A stretch of 64,000 nucleotides of DNA from an uncultured delta proteobacterium (GTDB lineage: Bacteria; Desulfobacterota; Desulfobacteria; Desulfobacterales; B30-G6): the NCBI GenBank assembly GCA_963823335.1, contig CAWGLD010000007.1, positions 96,001 to 160,000 on the forward strand, read 5' to 3'. Position numbers and translations under genes: made by a program. Numbering within the stretch: position 1 is the first letter of the stretch; each line of letters starts with the position of its first letter. Shown piece by piece: positions 27,877 through 38,061 of this stretch. The notes beneath the pieces were generated by a model. The model was not told the DNA's origin. It ran no database searches and worked only from the letters and a program-made list of their open reading frames with translations.

Positions 27877-29510
27877 CAGATCAGCCTCGTGTATCGCCTG
27901 GGATCATACGCATTGCGGACACCTTCACCCACAAACACACCCAGTAGCATGACAGTAAACAGAGCAAGGGATGGATAGAGAATCAGCCACCATGCCCATC
28001 GATACTGCTGGGCCTGATAAAGCAATTCCCCCCAGCTCGGCGTCGGGGACGGCAAACCGAAACCGAGATAGTCCAGCGCAGCCAGTGATCCGATAGCGCC
28101 CACCAGTGAAAAGGGGAAAAAGGTAATCACCGGAACCATGCCGTTGGGTAAAATATGCTTGAATATTATCTTAAAGGATGAGCCTCCCATGCATTTGGCA
28201 GCCTCCACAAAAGGAAGTTTTCGCAGACGCAGAAATTCCGCCCGAATGTAGTAGGATATCCCGATCCAGTTAAAGAGCCCGTAGCAGAACAACAGCAGGG
28301 AAAAACTCCGTCCGTAGATGGACCCCATGAGTATCATGATGTACAAAAACGGCAGGGCGCTCCAGATTTCAATGAACCGTTGACCTGATATGTCCAGTAG
28401 GCCGCCATAATAGCCTTGAAGTGCTCCGGCGGCAATACCCAGCGCCATGGACCCCACAACAAGCAGCAATCCAAAAGACATGGATGTTCTCAGCCCGTAA
28501 AGAATACGTGACAGAACATCGCGCCCGGCTGCGTCAATACCCATGAGGTGTCCCTTGACCGGTCGAAAAGGGAATCTGACGTCCTCCTTTAGAAATTCAA
28601 CGCGGTGCTTTCGACTGCCCATGGAAATCGTGAGGTTGTCCACGGGGCCATAATATCGATTCTGGACATTTTCTTTAATGACCGTCTGCTGAGCATCAGA
28701 GAGCGAGTCCCAGACATTTTTCGTCCCGGCCGTGGATACCTCCCCGAGCAGGGCCAGGTTTTCATCAAACCGAAGCTCGAAGGCATGTCCCTCGCCATCA
28801 ACACCCGGTGCTATCCCTTCCCTGAACGTAATTCTGACTGTTTTCGGCTTGCGCGCTTTTTGCGCGTGGGTCGACAGGGAGGCCTTGATATTGATGCCCT
28901 GGGGTCCTGTGGTCTCCATGGAAAGAAACGGTGCTTCTTTACCGTCAAACCTGAGCGCCATGGCAGCCCTGAGCTCCAATGGAATCTTTACATAATCGGT
29001 GATCGGCTTGTTCTGGAGGTCCTTGTCTGCCAAACCCACAAATGGGCCAAACCTGAAAGATTTCGCAATGGATAAATCATCTCGGATATCGGCTGTCCCC
29101 ACCATGGGAAGCAGTTTAAATGCGGCAATGACTTGATCGGATACATCGATAAGCGCCGGGTCGAGGCTTTGAAACGGGCCGTAGGGAATCGGTGGAAAAA
29201 CCATGAAATTCTCAGCTTTGTTCAAAAATTCAGAATTTGTATTCATCTGGTGGTAATCAGGCCGTGTATGCTTGCCGTTTCCCAAAAAGGTGTCTTCAGG
29301 ATAAAATTTGAGCACAGGAAAATAAGACTTGCCCTGAAACTTTACATAGAGGGGAACATTGTTGCAGATGATCTCGGAGCCCAGACTGAACAGATACAGA
29401 AGCGCAAGAATCCATAACGAAATATAGGCGCGCCTCATCTCCTTGAAGCGTGTAATTCGCCTGCGGGTCATAGGATTTTTAACAAGACGCGTTATCATCG
29501 GGATCTTCAA
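27876..29510 (-). CDS. ABC transporter permease (YejE-like) with a large extra periplasmic domain
   Basis: GRDVLSRILYG, EAA loop and SWGELL; 544 aa. Confidence 0.88.
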   Translation of the reverse strand: MKIPMITRLVKNPMTRRRITRFKEMRRAYISLWILALLYLFSLGSEIICNNVPLYVKFQGKSYFPVLKFYPEDTFLGNGKHTRPDYHQMNTNSEFLNKAENFMVFPPIPYGPFQSLDPALIDVSDQVIAAFKLLPMVGTADIRDDLSIAKSFRFGPFVGLADKDLQNKPITDYVKIPLELRAAMALRFDGKEAPFLSMETTGPQGINIKASLSTHAQKARKPKTVRITFREGIAPGVDGEGHAFELRFDENLALLGEVSTAGTKNVWDSLSDAQQTVIKENVQNRYYGPVDNLTISMGSRKHRVEFLKEDVRFPFRPVKGHLMGIDAAGRDVLSRILYGLRTSMSFGLLLVVGSMALGIAAGALQGYYGGLLDISGQRFIEIWSALPFLYIMILMGSIYGRSFSLLLFCYGLFNWIGISYYIRAEFLRLRKLPFVEAAKCMGGSSFKIIFKHILPNGMVPVITFFPFSLVGAIGSLAALDYLGFGLPSPTPSWGELLYQAQQYRWAWWLILYPSLALFTVMLLGVFVGEGVRNAYDPRRYTRLI

Positions 29511-30553
29511 TTCTCTTGAAAATTAATTCTCGGATCGATGAGAACATAACAAAAATCTGACAGGATATTGCCGATGAGCCCCAATATGGCGGTAATGGAA
29601 AGGATCCCCATGAAAACCGGATAATCTCTCCCCACAATGGCTTCGAGACTCAAGCGACCCATTCCGGGGATTTCAAAGACCTGCTCGATGATCACGGAAC
29701 CGGCAAACATGACCGTGAGGATGGATCCGAAACCGGTTGCAATGGGAACCAGGGAATTCCTCAGGGCATGTCCCCAGATGGCCCGGGAAAAACTGCCGCC
29801 CTTGGCCAGTACCGTACGGATATAATCTTTCCCGATCTGCTCAATGAGAGAATTTTTCATTAGCAGTGTCAGCACGGCGAAATTGCCGATCACATAGCAC
29901 AGGATCGGCAAGAACATGTGCTGGAAAATATCCTTTGTTTTGCCCCAATACGTGAGTTGGCCAAACTGGTCCGAATGAAAGCCTGAAATCGGAAATATAT
30001 CCCACAACCCTTCCACCGTACCGGCAAGAAGCATTTTGAGCACCATGCCAAAGGCAAAAGGCGGAATAGCATATCCCACAAAAACGACGATGCTCGAAAC
30101 AATGTCAAAAGATCGGTCGTGGTGTAAGGCCTTGAAAATGCCCAGAGGGATACAGACCAGATAAGATAGAATAAAACCGGTGATCCCAAAAACCAGGGAC
30201 ACCTTGAATCGTTCCTGGATCAACTGCCACGATGTTTTGTTGGGAAATCGATAGGATTCCATCTTCATACCCATACGATCCGTTACAAGCCACTTCCAGT
30301 ATCTTTTATAGAACGGCTGATCGAACCCGAAATGCGCTTCAATGGCTTTGCGCTGATCCGCTGAAATACTTGTGGCTGCCCCGGCACCTCCACCGGATTC
30401 CGAGGCACCGATACCACCACGCATCTGCATGATGGCCTGCTCCACAGGACCCCCGGGAACAAACTGAATGACGGCAAAACAGAGCAGCGTAATCCCCAGG
30501 AAAGTGGGAATCACGAGTAGAAACCGCCGGATGAAATAATCGATTCTTTCCAT
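29507..30553 (-). CDS. ABC transporter permease (YejB-like)
   Basis: YFIRR..IPT..GIT, QFVPGGPVEQ and HALRNSL motifs. Confidence 0.9.
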   Translation of the reverse strand: MERIDYFIRRFLLVIPTFLGITLLCFAVIQFVPGGPVEQAIMQMRGGIGASESGGGAGAATSISADQRKAIEAHFGFDQPFYKRYWKWLVTDRMGMKMESYRFPNKTSWQLIQERFKVSLVFGITGFILSYLVCIPLGIFKALHHDRSFDIVSSIVVFVGYAIPPFAFGMVLKMLLAGTVEGLWDIFPISGFHSDQFGQLTYWGKTKDIFQHMFLPILCYVIGNFAVLTLLMKNSLIEQIGKDYIRTVLAKGGSFSRAIWGHALRNSLVPIATGFGSILTVMFAGSVIIEQVFEIPGMGRLSLEAIVGRDYPVFMGILSITAILGLIGNILSDFCYVLIDPRINFQEN

Positions 30554-30705
30554 GCCTTGCTTATAGCACTAGGCGACTGACATTTTCAATAGGCTGTTAG
30601 GTTGTAGACTATTAGACTGTCTATCTATACTTGCCGCTTGCTTTTTTTCCTCAAAATCGAATAGACTCTTGTCACTATTTTATGAAACCAGCCTGAAAGG
30701 AAACC

Positions 30706-31935
30706 ATGACCGCTCCAGACCCTGCAACGCAGTTTCAGACCGATGATAACGTTCCAGCTATAGAACTGAAAACCCGTATTGCCGCACTGCAAAAGCGCCT
30801 TTCCCGCAACAAAGTGGATGCCGCGCTGATTCTTCAAAGCAGTGACCTTTACTACTTTTCCGGCACCACCCAGCAGGGCCACCTCTATGTACCGGTTGAC
30901 GCCCCGCCGATTCTGATGGTGCGCAAGAGTATCCATCGGGCCACAGCGGAGTCGAATCTGGATAGGATCCTTCCCATATCCGGTCTTTCCCGGCTTCGAT
31001 CCATTTTAAAAGACAATGGCTGCAAGGCGCCCCGGACCCTGGGCATGGAACTGGATGTGCTCCCTGTCAACCTGTATCACAAATACCGGGATCTTTTTGG
31101 TCAAGCCCGAATCGTCGATGTATCCCACGACATCCGGATGGTCAGATCCGTCAAATCCCTGTTTGAGATAGATCGCATAACCCAGGCTGCCGCGTTCTCA
31201 GATCAGGTGGCCTCTTTTGTAAAAGAAGAACTTCGGGAAGGGATCACCGAAATTGAACTGGCAGGCAAAGTCGAAGCCAGGGCCAGGAAACTAGGCCACC
31301 AGGGCATGGTGCGTATGCGCTTGTGGGGCAGCGAAATGTTTTACGGACACCTCATGTGCGGTGCATCGGCAGCCGTTCCCAGCGCCCTCGCCTCCCCCAC
31401 CGGCGGCATGGCCACGAGCCCGGCATTTTCCCAGGGCCCCGGTTTCAAAAAAATCCAGCGTCATGAACCCATTCTTTTCGACTATGTCTTTGCCTACAAG
31501 GGCTATCTGGCAGACCACACACGGATCTTTTCATTGGGCAGTCTTCCCGATGAGATGCTGAATGCGCATCAGGCCATGCTGGACCTGCAATCTCTGCTGA
31601 TAAAAAAGATGCTGCCGGGTGTCCCTGCCGGTCATGTCTACGACATGGCCATGGCCTTCGTCGACAAGTCCGGTCATGGTCGTTTTTTTATGGGTGCTGA
31701 AAAACAACGCATCCGTTTCATCGGACATGGTCTAGGGCTGGAGCTGGATGAATATCCATTCTTAGCCCAGGGGCAGCAACTCCGTCTCCAGGAAAACATG
31801 GTCATCGCCCTGGAACCGAAACTCGTCATTCCCGGAAAAGGGGTGGTGGGGGTGGAAAACACCCATGTGGTCACACCCGATGGATTGCGGTCCTTGACCA
31901 CCTATCCCGAGGAGATAGAAATTCTTCGATGGTAA
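30706..31935 (+). CDS. Xaa-Pro peptidase (M24 family)
   Basis: Creatinase-like N-domain; DHTR, GHGLGLE, EPK and GVENT motifs. Confidence 0.9.
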   Translation: MTAPDPATQFQTDDNVPAIELKTRIAALQKRLSRNKVDAALILQSSDLYYFSGTTQQGHLYVPVDAPPILMVRKSIHRATAESNLDRILPISGLSRLRSILKDNGCKAPRTLGMELDVLPVNLYHKYRDLFGQARIVDVSHDIRMVRSVKSLFEIDRITQAAAFSDQVASFVKEELREGITEIELAGKVEARARKLGHQGMVRMRLWGSEMFYGHLMCGASAAVPSALASPTGGMATSPAFSQGPGFKKIQRHEPILFDYVFAYKGYLADHTRIFSLGSLPDEMLNAHQAMLDLQSLLIKKMLPGVPAGHVYDMAMAFVDKSGHGRFFMGAEKQRIRFIGHGLGLELDEYPFLAQGQQLRLQENMVIALEPKLVIPGKGVVGVENTHVVTPDGLRSLTTYPEEIEILRW

Positions 31936-32020
31936 CAACAGCTCAATAAATCTGACGAGTCTCATATGAACCTTCCCTGAAAAACGGCTTGTTTTAATAC
32001 AGCTGAAAAGGAATCCACCC

Positions 32021-34687
32021 ATGGGACAATACAATCTAAACCGCATTTTCAAGCCCGATCACATCGCCGTTGTAGGAGCAAGTGAAAAGACCGGCTCCAT
32101 CGGCAATGCAATCATGACAAATCTCATCGAGGGAAACTTTTCCGGCAAACTGCTGCCGGTCAATCCGAAATACGAGACCCTTCATGGTCTGCAAGCCTTC
32201 AGATCTGTTTCCGATTTGGACACGGGTATCGACCTAGCGGTTATTTGCACACCCATACAAACAGTCCCGGATATTGTTAAAACCTGCGTAAATAAAAAAA
32301 TTGCCGGCGCCATCATCATTTCCGCCGGAGGCAAGGAGGCCGGGAAAAAAGGCAGATCCATCGAGCGAAAAATATTAAAAACAGCATATGATGGCGGTCT
32401 CAGAATCATAGGGCCGAATTGCCTGGGAATCATGCGGCCGGGAAAAAATCTGAATGCCAGTTTTGCATCCGAGATGCCGGCCTCGGGAAATCTTGCCTTT
32501 GTTTCACAGAGCGGCGCCATTTGCACGGCTGTCCTCGACTTGGCCTTTCGTGAAAATTTCGGCTTCAGCCATTTCGTCAGTACCGGTTCCATGCTGGATG
32601 TGGATTTTGGAGATATGATCGATTATCTCGGCAATGATTATGCAACCAAAAGTATTCTCCTGTATATCGAAAGCCTGTCAAATTTTCGTAAATTCATGAG
32701 CGCAGCCCGATCTGTATCACGGGTCAAACCCATTATCGTGCTGAAATCCGGCCGGAGTACCGCCGGGGCCAAAGCCGCAGCTTCCCATACAGGCGCCATG
32801 GCCGGCGAAGATGCGGTTTATGACGCTGCTTTCAAACGGGCAGGTATCGTTCGCGTTGACACCATTGAAGAATTATTTGACTGTGCCGAACTAACGGCCA
32901 AACAACCGCACCCTGCCGGCCCCAGACTTGCCATTGTAACCAATGGTGGCGGACCAGGTGTCATGGCGACGGACATGCTCGCCAGGTACACAAGGGAACC
33001 TGCCGCTCTGGAAACGGAAACCTTACAAAAGCTGAATGAATTTCTGCCGGAATTCTGGAGCCGCAGCAACCCCATCGACATTCTCGGGGATGCTTCACCC
33101 GACAGATATCGCCGGGTTTTGGAGATTTGTTTTCAAGCCAGGGAAATCGATGCGATTCTGGTGATTATGGCACCCCAGGCAATGGCCGATCCAAAATCGG
33201 TTGCAGAAGTACTTGCCGCCACCATGAAAGCACGCAAATATCCTGTATTTGCCTGCTGGATGGGAGGCAAAAGCATGGCCAGGGCTGTGGAAATTTTGAA
33301 CGAATCCGGCATTCCCACCTATGAAACACCGGAACGAGCGGTCAGGGCGTTTTTGTATATGTACGCCTATTCCAGAAATCTTATAACTTTGCGCGAAATA
33401 CCCCCCAGACTCTCCAACTTTTTGTCTTTCGACCGTGAACGTGCTCGCGATCTGATCTCACGCGCACCGGACAAGGGTTTCATGTTAGAATCCGATTCCA
33501 AGGAATTTCTGGCTGCCTATGGTCTGCCGGTTATTAGAACCGAGACCGCCAACACCGAAGCAGAAGCCGCTGAAATAGGAAAAGAGCTGGGATATCCCCT
33601 GGTCATGAAGCTTCATTCGCCGGACATCACCCACAAGACGGATGCCGGAGGTGTTTACCTCGATCTTCGATCTCAGGAAGATGTCCAGCATGCCTATCGC
33701 AATATCCTCCAGTCAGCCAGAAAGTACCAACCGCGTGCCCGAATAAACGGTGTTACAATCCAGCCGTTCTTTTCCAACCCGGATTACGAAATTCTGATAG
33801 GAGCCAAAAGAGATCCCAATTTCGGACCCGTCATACTTTTCGGAATGGGGGGCATTTTTACAGAAGTGCTCAAGGATAGGGCCCTGGGACTTCCTCCCAT
33901 GAACCGCCTTCTAGCCCATCGATTGATGCAGGAAACCAAGGCGTATTCTCTGCTGAAGGGATACCGGAACCGCCAGCCGGCCGATCTGGAACAACTCGAG
34001 GAAATGATTATTCGGCTGTCCCAGATCCTGATCGATTTACCCGATATATCCGAACTGGATATGAATCCCGTGCTGATAAAGAAGGGCAAAGCCGTTGCAG
34101 TGGATGCCCGGATACTCGTTTCTTCCCTGGACGTGCGTTCACCCAGACATTTGGTCATTAGCCCGTACCCTGAAGATCATGAATCTTATGAGACGACCAG
34201 GGAGAACATCCAAATATTCGTCCGTTCCGTCAAACCGGAAGATGCGCCACTTTTTATTGATCTGTTTAATACACTGTCTCCAACGAGTATTTACTACCGC
34301 TTTTTCGCCCCCGTAAAGGAACTGAAACCCGAGATGCTGGCCCGGTTCACCCAGATCGATTACGATAGAGAAATCGCCCTGGTAGCCATTCAGGAAAATG
34401 CCGGCAGCGACAGGCTGATCGGCGTTGCCCGAATCATAGGAGAACCGGATGGAAAACACGGAGAGTTTGCCGTTGTGGTGGGGGATCCCTGGCATGGAAA
34501 GGGCATCGGTGCGGTTCTGCTTAAGAAATGCCTCGATATCGCCAAATCGCGGGGATTTGAGACCATCATGGGCTGTGTCTTGAGAGAAAACAAGAACATG
34601 TTGGGCCTGGCAAAAAAATTGGGGTTTAAAGTCGAAAAACATTCTGCTGCAGGAGAATGCGAACTGACCTGTCATCTGGTTCCATGA
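32021..34687 (+). CDS. Pat/PatZ-type protein acetyltransferase (acyl-CoA synthetase-like + GNAT)
   Basis: GPNCLG, SQSGA, ASHTGA, NPIDILGD, ATP-grasp region and C-terminal GNAT 'WHGKGIG'. Confidence 0.9.
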   Translation: MGQYNLNRIFKPDHIAVVGASEKTGSIGNAIMTNLIEGNFSGKLLPVNPKYETLHGLQAFRSVSDLDTGIDLAVICTPIQTVPDIVKTCVNKKIAGAIIISAGGKEAGKKGRSIERKILKTAYDGGLRIIGPNCLGIMRPGKNLNASFASEMPASGNLAFVSQSGAICTAVLDLAFRENFGFSHFVSTGSMLDVDFGDMIDYLGNDYATKSILLYIESLSNFRKFMSAARSVSRVKPIIVLKSGRSTAGAKAAASHTGAMAGEDAVYDAAFKRAGIVRVDTIEELFDCAELTAKQPHPAGPRLAIVTNGGGPGVMATDMLARYTREPAALETETLQKLNEFLPEFWSRSNPIDILGDASPDRYRRVLEICFQAREIDAILVIMAPQAMADPKSVAEVLAATMKARKYPVFACWMGGKSMARAVEILNESGIPTYETPERAVRAFLYMYAYSRNLITLREIPPRLSNFLSFDRERARDLISRAPDKGFMLESDSKEFLAAYGLPVIRTETANTEAEAAEIGKELGYPLVMKLHSPDITHKTDAGGVYLDLRSQEDVQHAYRNILQSARKYQPRARINGVTIQPFFSNPDYEILIGAKRDPNFGPVILFGMGGIFTEVLKDRALGLPPMNRLLAHRLMQETKAYSLLKGYRNRQPADLEQLEEMIIRLSQILIDLPDISELDMNPVLIKKGKAVAVDARILVSSLDVRSPRHLVISPYPEDHESYETTRENIQIFVRSVKPEDAPLFIDLFNTLSPTSIYYRFFAPVKELKPEMLARFTQIDYDREIALVAIQENAGSDRLIGVARIIGEPDGKHGEFAVVVGDPWHGKGIGAVLLKKCLDIAKSRGFETIMGCVLRENKNMLGLAKKLGFKVEKHSAAGECELTCHLVP

Positions 34688-34751
34688 CACTTAAGCCCAA
34701 AGTGAGCGTTTCAAAACCCTTTAAGTAGACGGTTAAAGTTAGCAGACCCGA

Positions 34752-35357
34752 TCAGGTTTGTTGTATATCCTGCTTGAGAAGCCTTTTTGAACCCATACCG
34801 CAACCAATTACCGACTTGATCACTTCCTCAACGGGGACGTTTACAGGATGCACCATTTCCGGTTCCAAATGAAAAATAAACCCTGAGGTGGGGTTGGGGC
34901 CGGTCGGAACGAATACCGTATAACGGCCATCGTCATGGATATCGGTGATAAAGGCAGTCAACAGTGTTTTGTTCTCAAAGGGCCGCACAAGAGCCACTGA
35001 CGAAAATGGCGAATCCTTTTTGCCCAAAAACTGCATGACCACCGATTTAATAATTGAGTACCCGGGGGCCATCTGCAAAATTTTATCTTCCAGATTTTCC
35101 TGAACAAACCGACCGGCTTTGGTCTTCACTACAATACCGACGATAAAACAGATTGCCAAGATAATCGTCACAACGAGGATATCGGCAATTACTTCCTGAA
35201 ATTGACCGTTAGAGATAAAAAAATCCGTCAGTGGTTGAATGATTCCGGTGATCCATCTGAAAAGCCATCTGAACAAGAGGATCAGCAGAACAGATGGAAG
35301 AATGACAGCCAATCCACCCAAAATTGAAGTCTTTATGAATGTTTTTATTTTATCCAT
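34752..35357 (-). CDS. DUF502 family membrane protein
   Basis: VFVPTGPNPTSGF motif. Confidence 0.88.
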   Translation of the reverse strand: MDKIKTFIKTSILGGLAVILPSVLLILLFRWLFRWITGIIQPLTDFFISNGQFQEVIADILVVTIILAICFIVGIVVKTKAGRFVQENLEDKILQMAPGYSIIKSVVMQFLGKKDSPFSSVALVRPFENKTLLTAFITDIHDDGRYTVFVPTGPNPTSGFIFHLEPEMVHPVNVPVEEVIKSVIGCGMGSKRLLKQDIQQT

Positions 35358-35422
35358 TTGTCACCCCGCCATCAAGTTATACGTTATGATTTCATACTAC
35401 GGATGATTTTTTAAAACGCACA

Positions 35423-35529
35423 TATAGGGGTTGTCAGAAAAACGTTCCGATTGAGGACCTTTTTTCTGCTACAACCCCTTATGCCGCCATCCTATTTTCG
35501 GAACATTATTATGACAAGCGGTATAAAAT
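35423..35529 (+). repeat. about 107-bp dispersed repeat, copy 2
   Basis: TATAGGGGTTGTCAGAAAAACG...CTGCTACAACCCCTTATGCCGCC...GCGGTATAAAAT. Confidence 0.9.
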
Positions 35530-35530
35530 C

Positions 35531-35584
35531 AAAAAAAAAGCCGCCCCATTCCAAAATAAAACCCTTACTGGAATGGGGCGGCTT
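35531..35584 (-). terminator. rplM-rpsI intrinsic terminator
   Basis: AAGCCGCCCCATTCCA stem followed by a long T-run on the minus strand. Confidence 0.8.
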
Positions 35585-35610
35585 GAAAACGATATGGAAA
35601 TAAACCGGTT

Positions 35611-36006
35611 CTAACGCTTGGAGAACTGATAGCGGGCTCTGGCACCTTTTTGCCCGTATTTCTTGCGCTCCTTGACCCTGGCGTCACGCGTGATAAATCC
35701 GGCCTTTTTCAGCACCGGTCTCAGGTCCGGATCCACCTGGAGCAGGGCCTTGGTGATTCCATGGCGGATAGCACCCGCCTGACCGGTAATGCCGCCACCC
35801 AGCACACGCACCCTGATATCGTAGGCTTCCTGCGTATTGGTGAGTGACAGGGGCTGCAGCATGATAATTTTAGCCGTACCCACCTTGAAATAGTCATCAA
35901 GGGATCGGTCATTAACCGTAATTTTACCGGTTCCCGGTTCCAGCCATGTCCGTGCGATAGAGGTTTTTCGTTTGCCGGTTGCGTAATATACGTTTTGTTC
36001 TGCCAT
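35611..36006 (-). CDS. rpsI: 30S ribosomal protein S9
   Basis: [26 protein letters not shown] and QFSKR motifs. Confidence 0.98.
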   Translation of the reverse strand: MAEQNVYYATGKRKTSIARTWLEPGTGKITVNDRSLDDYFKVGTAKIIMLQPLSLTNTQEAYDIRVRVLGGGITGQAGAIRHGITKALLQVDPDLRPVLKKAGFITRDARVKERKKYGQKGARARYQFSKR

Positions 36007-36088
36007 AGGTTTCCTCAAATCTGGTCTTTTTACTATTTATTAATTTGTCTTCGGTTGATTGTCTGCCGCTCCTTGCTAAAGGCGCACA

Positions 36089-36526
36089 TCACTGGAACGC
36101 CAGCGGCTCAGGCTGCTGAGCTTCATGGGGGTGTGCATCGCCGGCATATACTTTCAACTTTTTGATCATGGCCCTGCCCAGTCTGTTTTTAGGCAACATC
36201 CCTTTCACCGCAAAACGGATCAGGTCTTCGGGCCGATCCTCAAGTAATTTCTTTGCGGGAATGGTTGTAAGACCACCGATATACCCGCTATGGCGGTAAT
36301 AATTTTTCTGATCCCACTTTCTGCCGGTGAGCACAATCTTCTCTGCGTTTATGACCACAACCGAATCCCCTGTATCCACATGGGGCGTAAACAACGGATT
36401 GTGTTTTCCTCTCAAGTGGGCCGCGATAGAAGAAGCCAGACGGCCAAGAATTTGCCCCTCTGCATCGACAACCCACCACTTATTGCTGTTGTCTTCTTTT
36501 TTTGCACTGTACGTATACTTTTTCAC
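36089..36526 (-). CDS. rplM: 50S ribosomal protein L13
   Basis: WWVVDA..LGRLA, GMLPKN and HPHEAQQP motifs. Confidence 0.98.
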   Translation of the reverse strand: MKKYTYSAKKEDNSNKWWVVDAEGQILGRLASSIAAHLRGKHNPLFTPHVDTGDSVVVINAEKIVLTGRKWDQKNYYRHSGYIGGLTTIPAKKLLEDRPEDLIRFAVKGMLPKNRLGRAMIKKLKVYAGDAHPHEAQQPEPLAFQ

Positions 36527-36642
36527 ATCAATTCTCCCTGCAACATCGCCCTTGAGCGATGATTGGCGCTTTCACAAATTCTTAAAAATGAATCAGGATA
36601 TTTAAGTCATATACTTCAGGATGTCAAGCAATAATTTCAATA

Positions 36643-36721
36643 AATGACGCGCGCAGCGCTAATGTCGTCCGAAGGACAAATGTCGCACGGAGTGCAAATG
36701 ACGTCCGAAAGGGCAAATATC
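36643..36721 (+). repeat. 18-bp-period array of mini-hairpins
   Basis: Four AATG(A/T)C units, each followed by a different 4-bp stem with a GCA, GAA, GGA or GAAA loop. Confidence 0.8.
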
Positions 36722-36798
36722 ACCCTCCAACCCTTAAATCCTCCGACCCTCAGATCTATTTGACATGTCCCTATTTATTTCCTAAACTCCATCCCATC

Positions 36799-37638
36799 AT
36801 GCACCCTGACACTGACCACTTTTCCGTGATGACCTTTAACCTTCGTTTCGGTCTGGCAAAAGACGGGCCCGATGCCTGGAAACATCGCAAAAAACTGATA
36901 CCGGAGTTGTTTCGGTCATATCCGGCGGATTTTATCGCGTGCCAGGAGGTCAATGATTTTCAGGCCGACGATCTGGCATCCATTCTCAGCGATTATCGAC
37001 TGATCGGCCGTAGACAGCCTGCGCCCTCTTTCTGGCAGAACAATATCATTTTTTTCCGAAAAGACTGGCATGTTCAGAACACAGAACATTTCTACTTGAG
37101 CGAGATGCCTGACATACCGAGCCGTTCACTCAATAGCCAGTGGCCCAGGCAGTGCACCATCGGCACATTTCAGAGAAAGTCACGCAGGTTGACCTGTATC
37201 AACACCCATTTCGATTTTTCGTCTTCGGTTCAGATCTTCAGCGCCAGACTCATCATGCAGCGTCTCATGCAGCGCCCCGAACCTGTCCCTGCAGTTCTTA
37301 TGGGCGATTTCAACGCGCCTTTTGATTCGCCCCATTACCGGATCTTTGTGGATGAATCTGTCGCCAGGAAAGGTCCGGGCATCTCCTTTCACAATGCATT
37401 TGACGAAACACCGTGCGGGACCCATCATGGGTTTTCCGGAAAACCCGGCCAGGACTGCATCGACTGGGTTCTCCATACAAATGGGATCACACCTGAAAAT
37501 GTCGTGGTTGTCCGGGATCACGTGCAGGGGGCTTATTATTCCGACCACTTCCCGGTTGTTGCTTCTTTTTCTTCCCCCAGGACAAGCAGGCCTGAGGTAT
37601 CCAATATTCCTCGTTCGATATTGGACCCTTCATTTTAG
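36799..37638 (+). CDS. endonuclease/exonuclease/phosphatase family protein
   Basis: MTFN, QE, NTHFD, GDFN, IDW and SDHFPV motifs. Confidence 0.9.
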   Translation: MHPDTDHFSVMTFNLRFGLAKDGPDAWKHRKKLIPELFRSYPADFIACQEVNDFQADDLASILSDYRLIGRRQPAPSFWQNNIIFFRKDWHVQNTEHFYLSEMPDIPSRSLNSQWPRQCTIGTFQRKSRRLTCINTHFDFSSSVQIFSARLIMQRLMQRPEPVPAVLMGDFNAPFDSPHYRIFVDESVARKGPGISFHNAFDETPCGTHHGFSGKPGQDCIDWVLHTNGITPENVVVVRDHVQGAYYSDHFPVVASFSSPRTSRPEVSNIPRSILDPSF

Positions 37639-37712
37639 TCAACAAAGGAGACGGCACGTCTCCGTAAGTTCAGGTTCGGAACCGCGTGCCAAGCACGCGG
37701 TTTGTAGAACAA

Positions 37713-38048
37713 TCAATTCTTTGGAGACCCGCAACTTATTTCCCCATTCAATCTGCCACCTGGTTCCAGTTCCATATCCTGGCAGGTGACAGTACCGGAA
37801 CATGTACCAGTCGAGAGCAGAACCAATTTCCCGGCCACCGTGAGCCGCCCCCTGAAAATTCCCCCGATGGTGATAAAAGACGTCCTCGTTTCCGCCTCCA
37901 CCACACCTACCTCGGTAATAACGATATGATCACTCTCAAGGGATCCCTTGACCGTACCATTGATGATCAACTGCCCGTTGAACGATACCGTGCCATCAAT
38001 AGTCAGTCCTTTTTCAATGATGGATAGTTTCTTTTGTGGCTGCCGCAA
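37713..38048 (-). CDS. bactofilin (polymer-forming cytoskeletal protein)
   Basis: SII..G..I.G.V...G.L.I.G beta-helix repeats; TTG start after GGAG is inferred. Confidence 0.85.
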   Translation of the reverse strand: MRQPQKKLSIIEKGLTIDGTVSFNGQLIINGTVKGSLESDHIVITEVGVVEAETRTSFITIGGIFRGRLTVAGKLVLLSTGTCSGTVTCQDMELEPGGRLNGEISCGSPKN

Positions 38049-38061
38049 TAGATTTCTCCCG

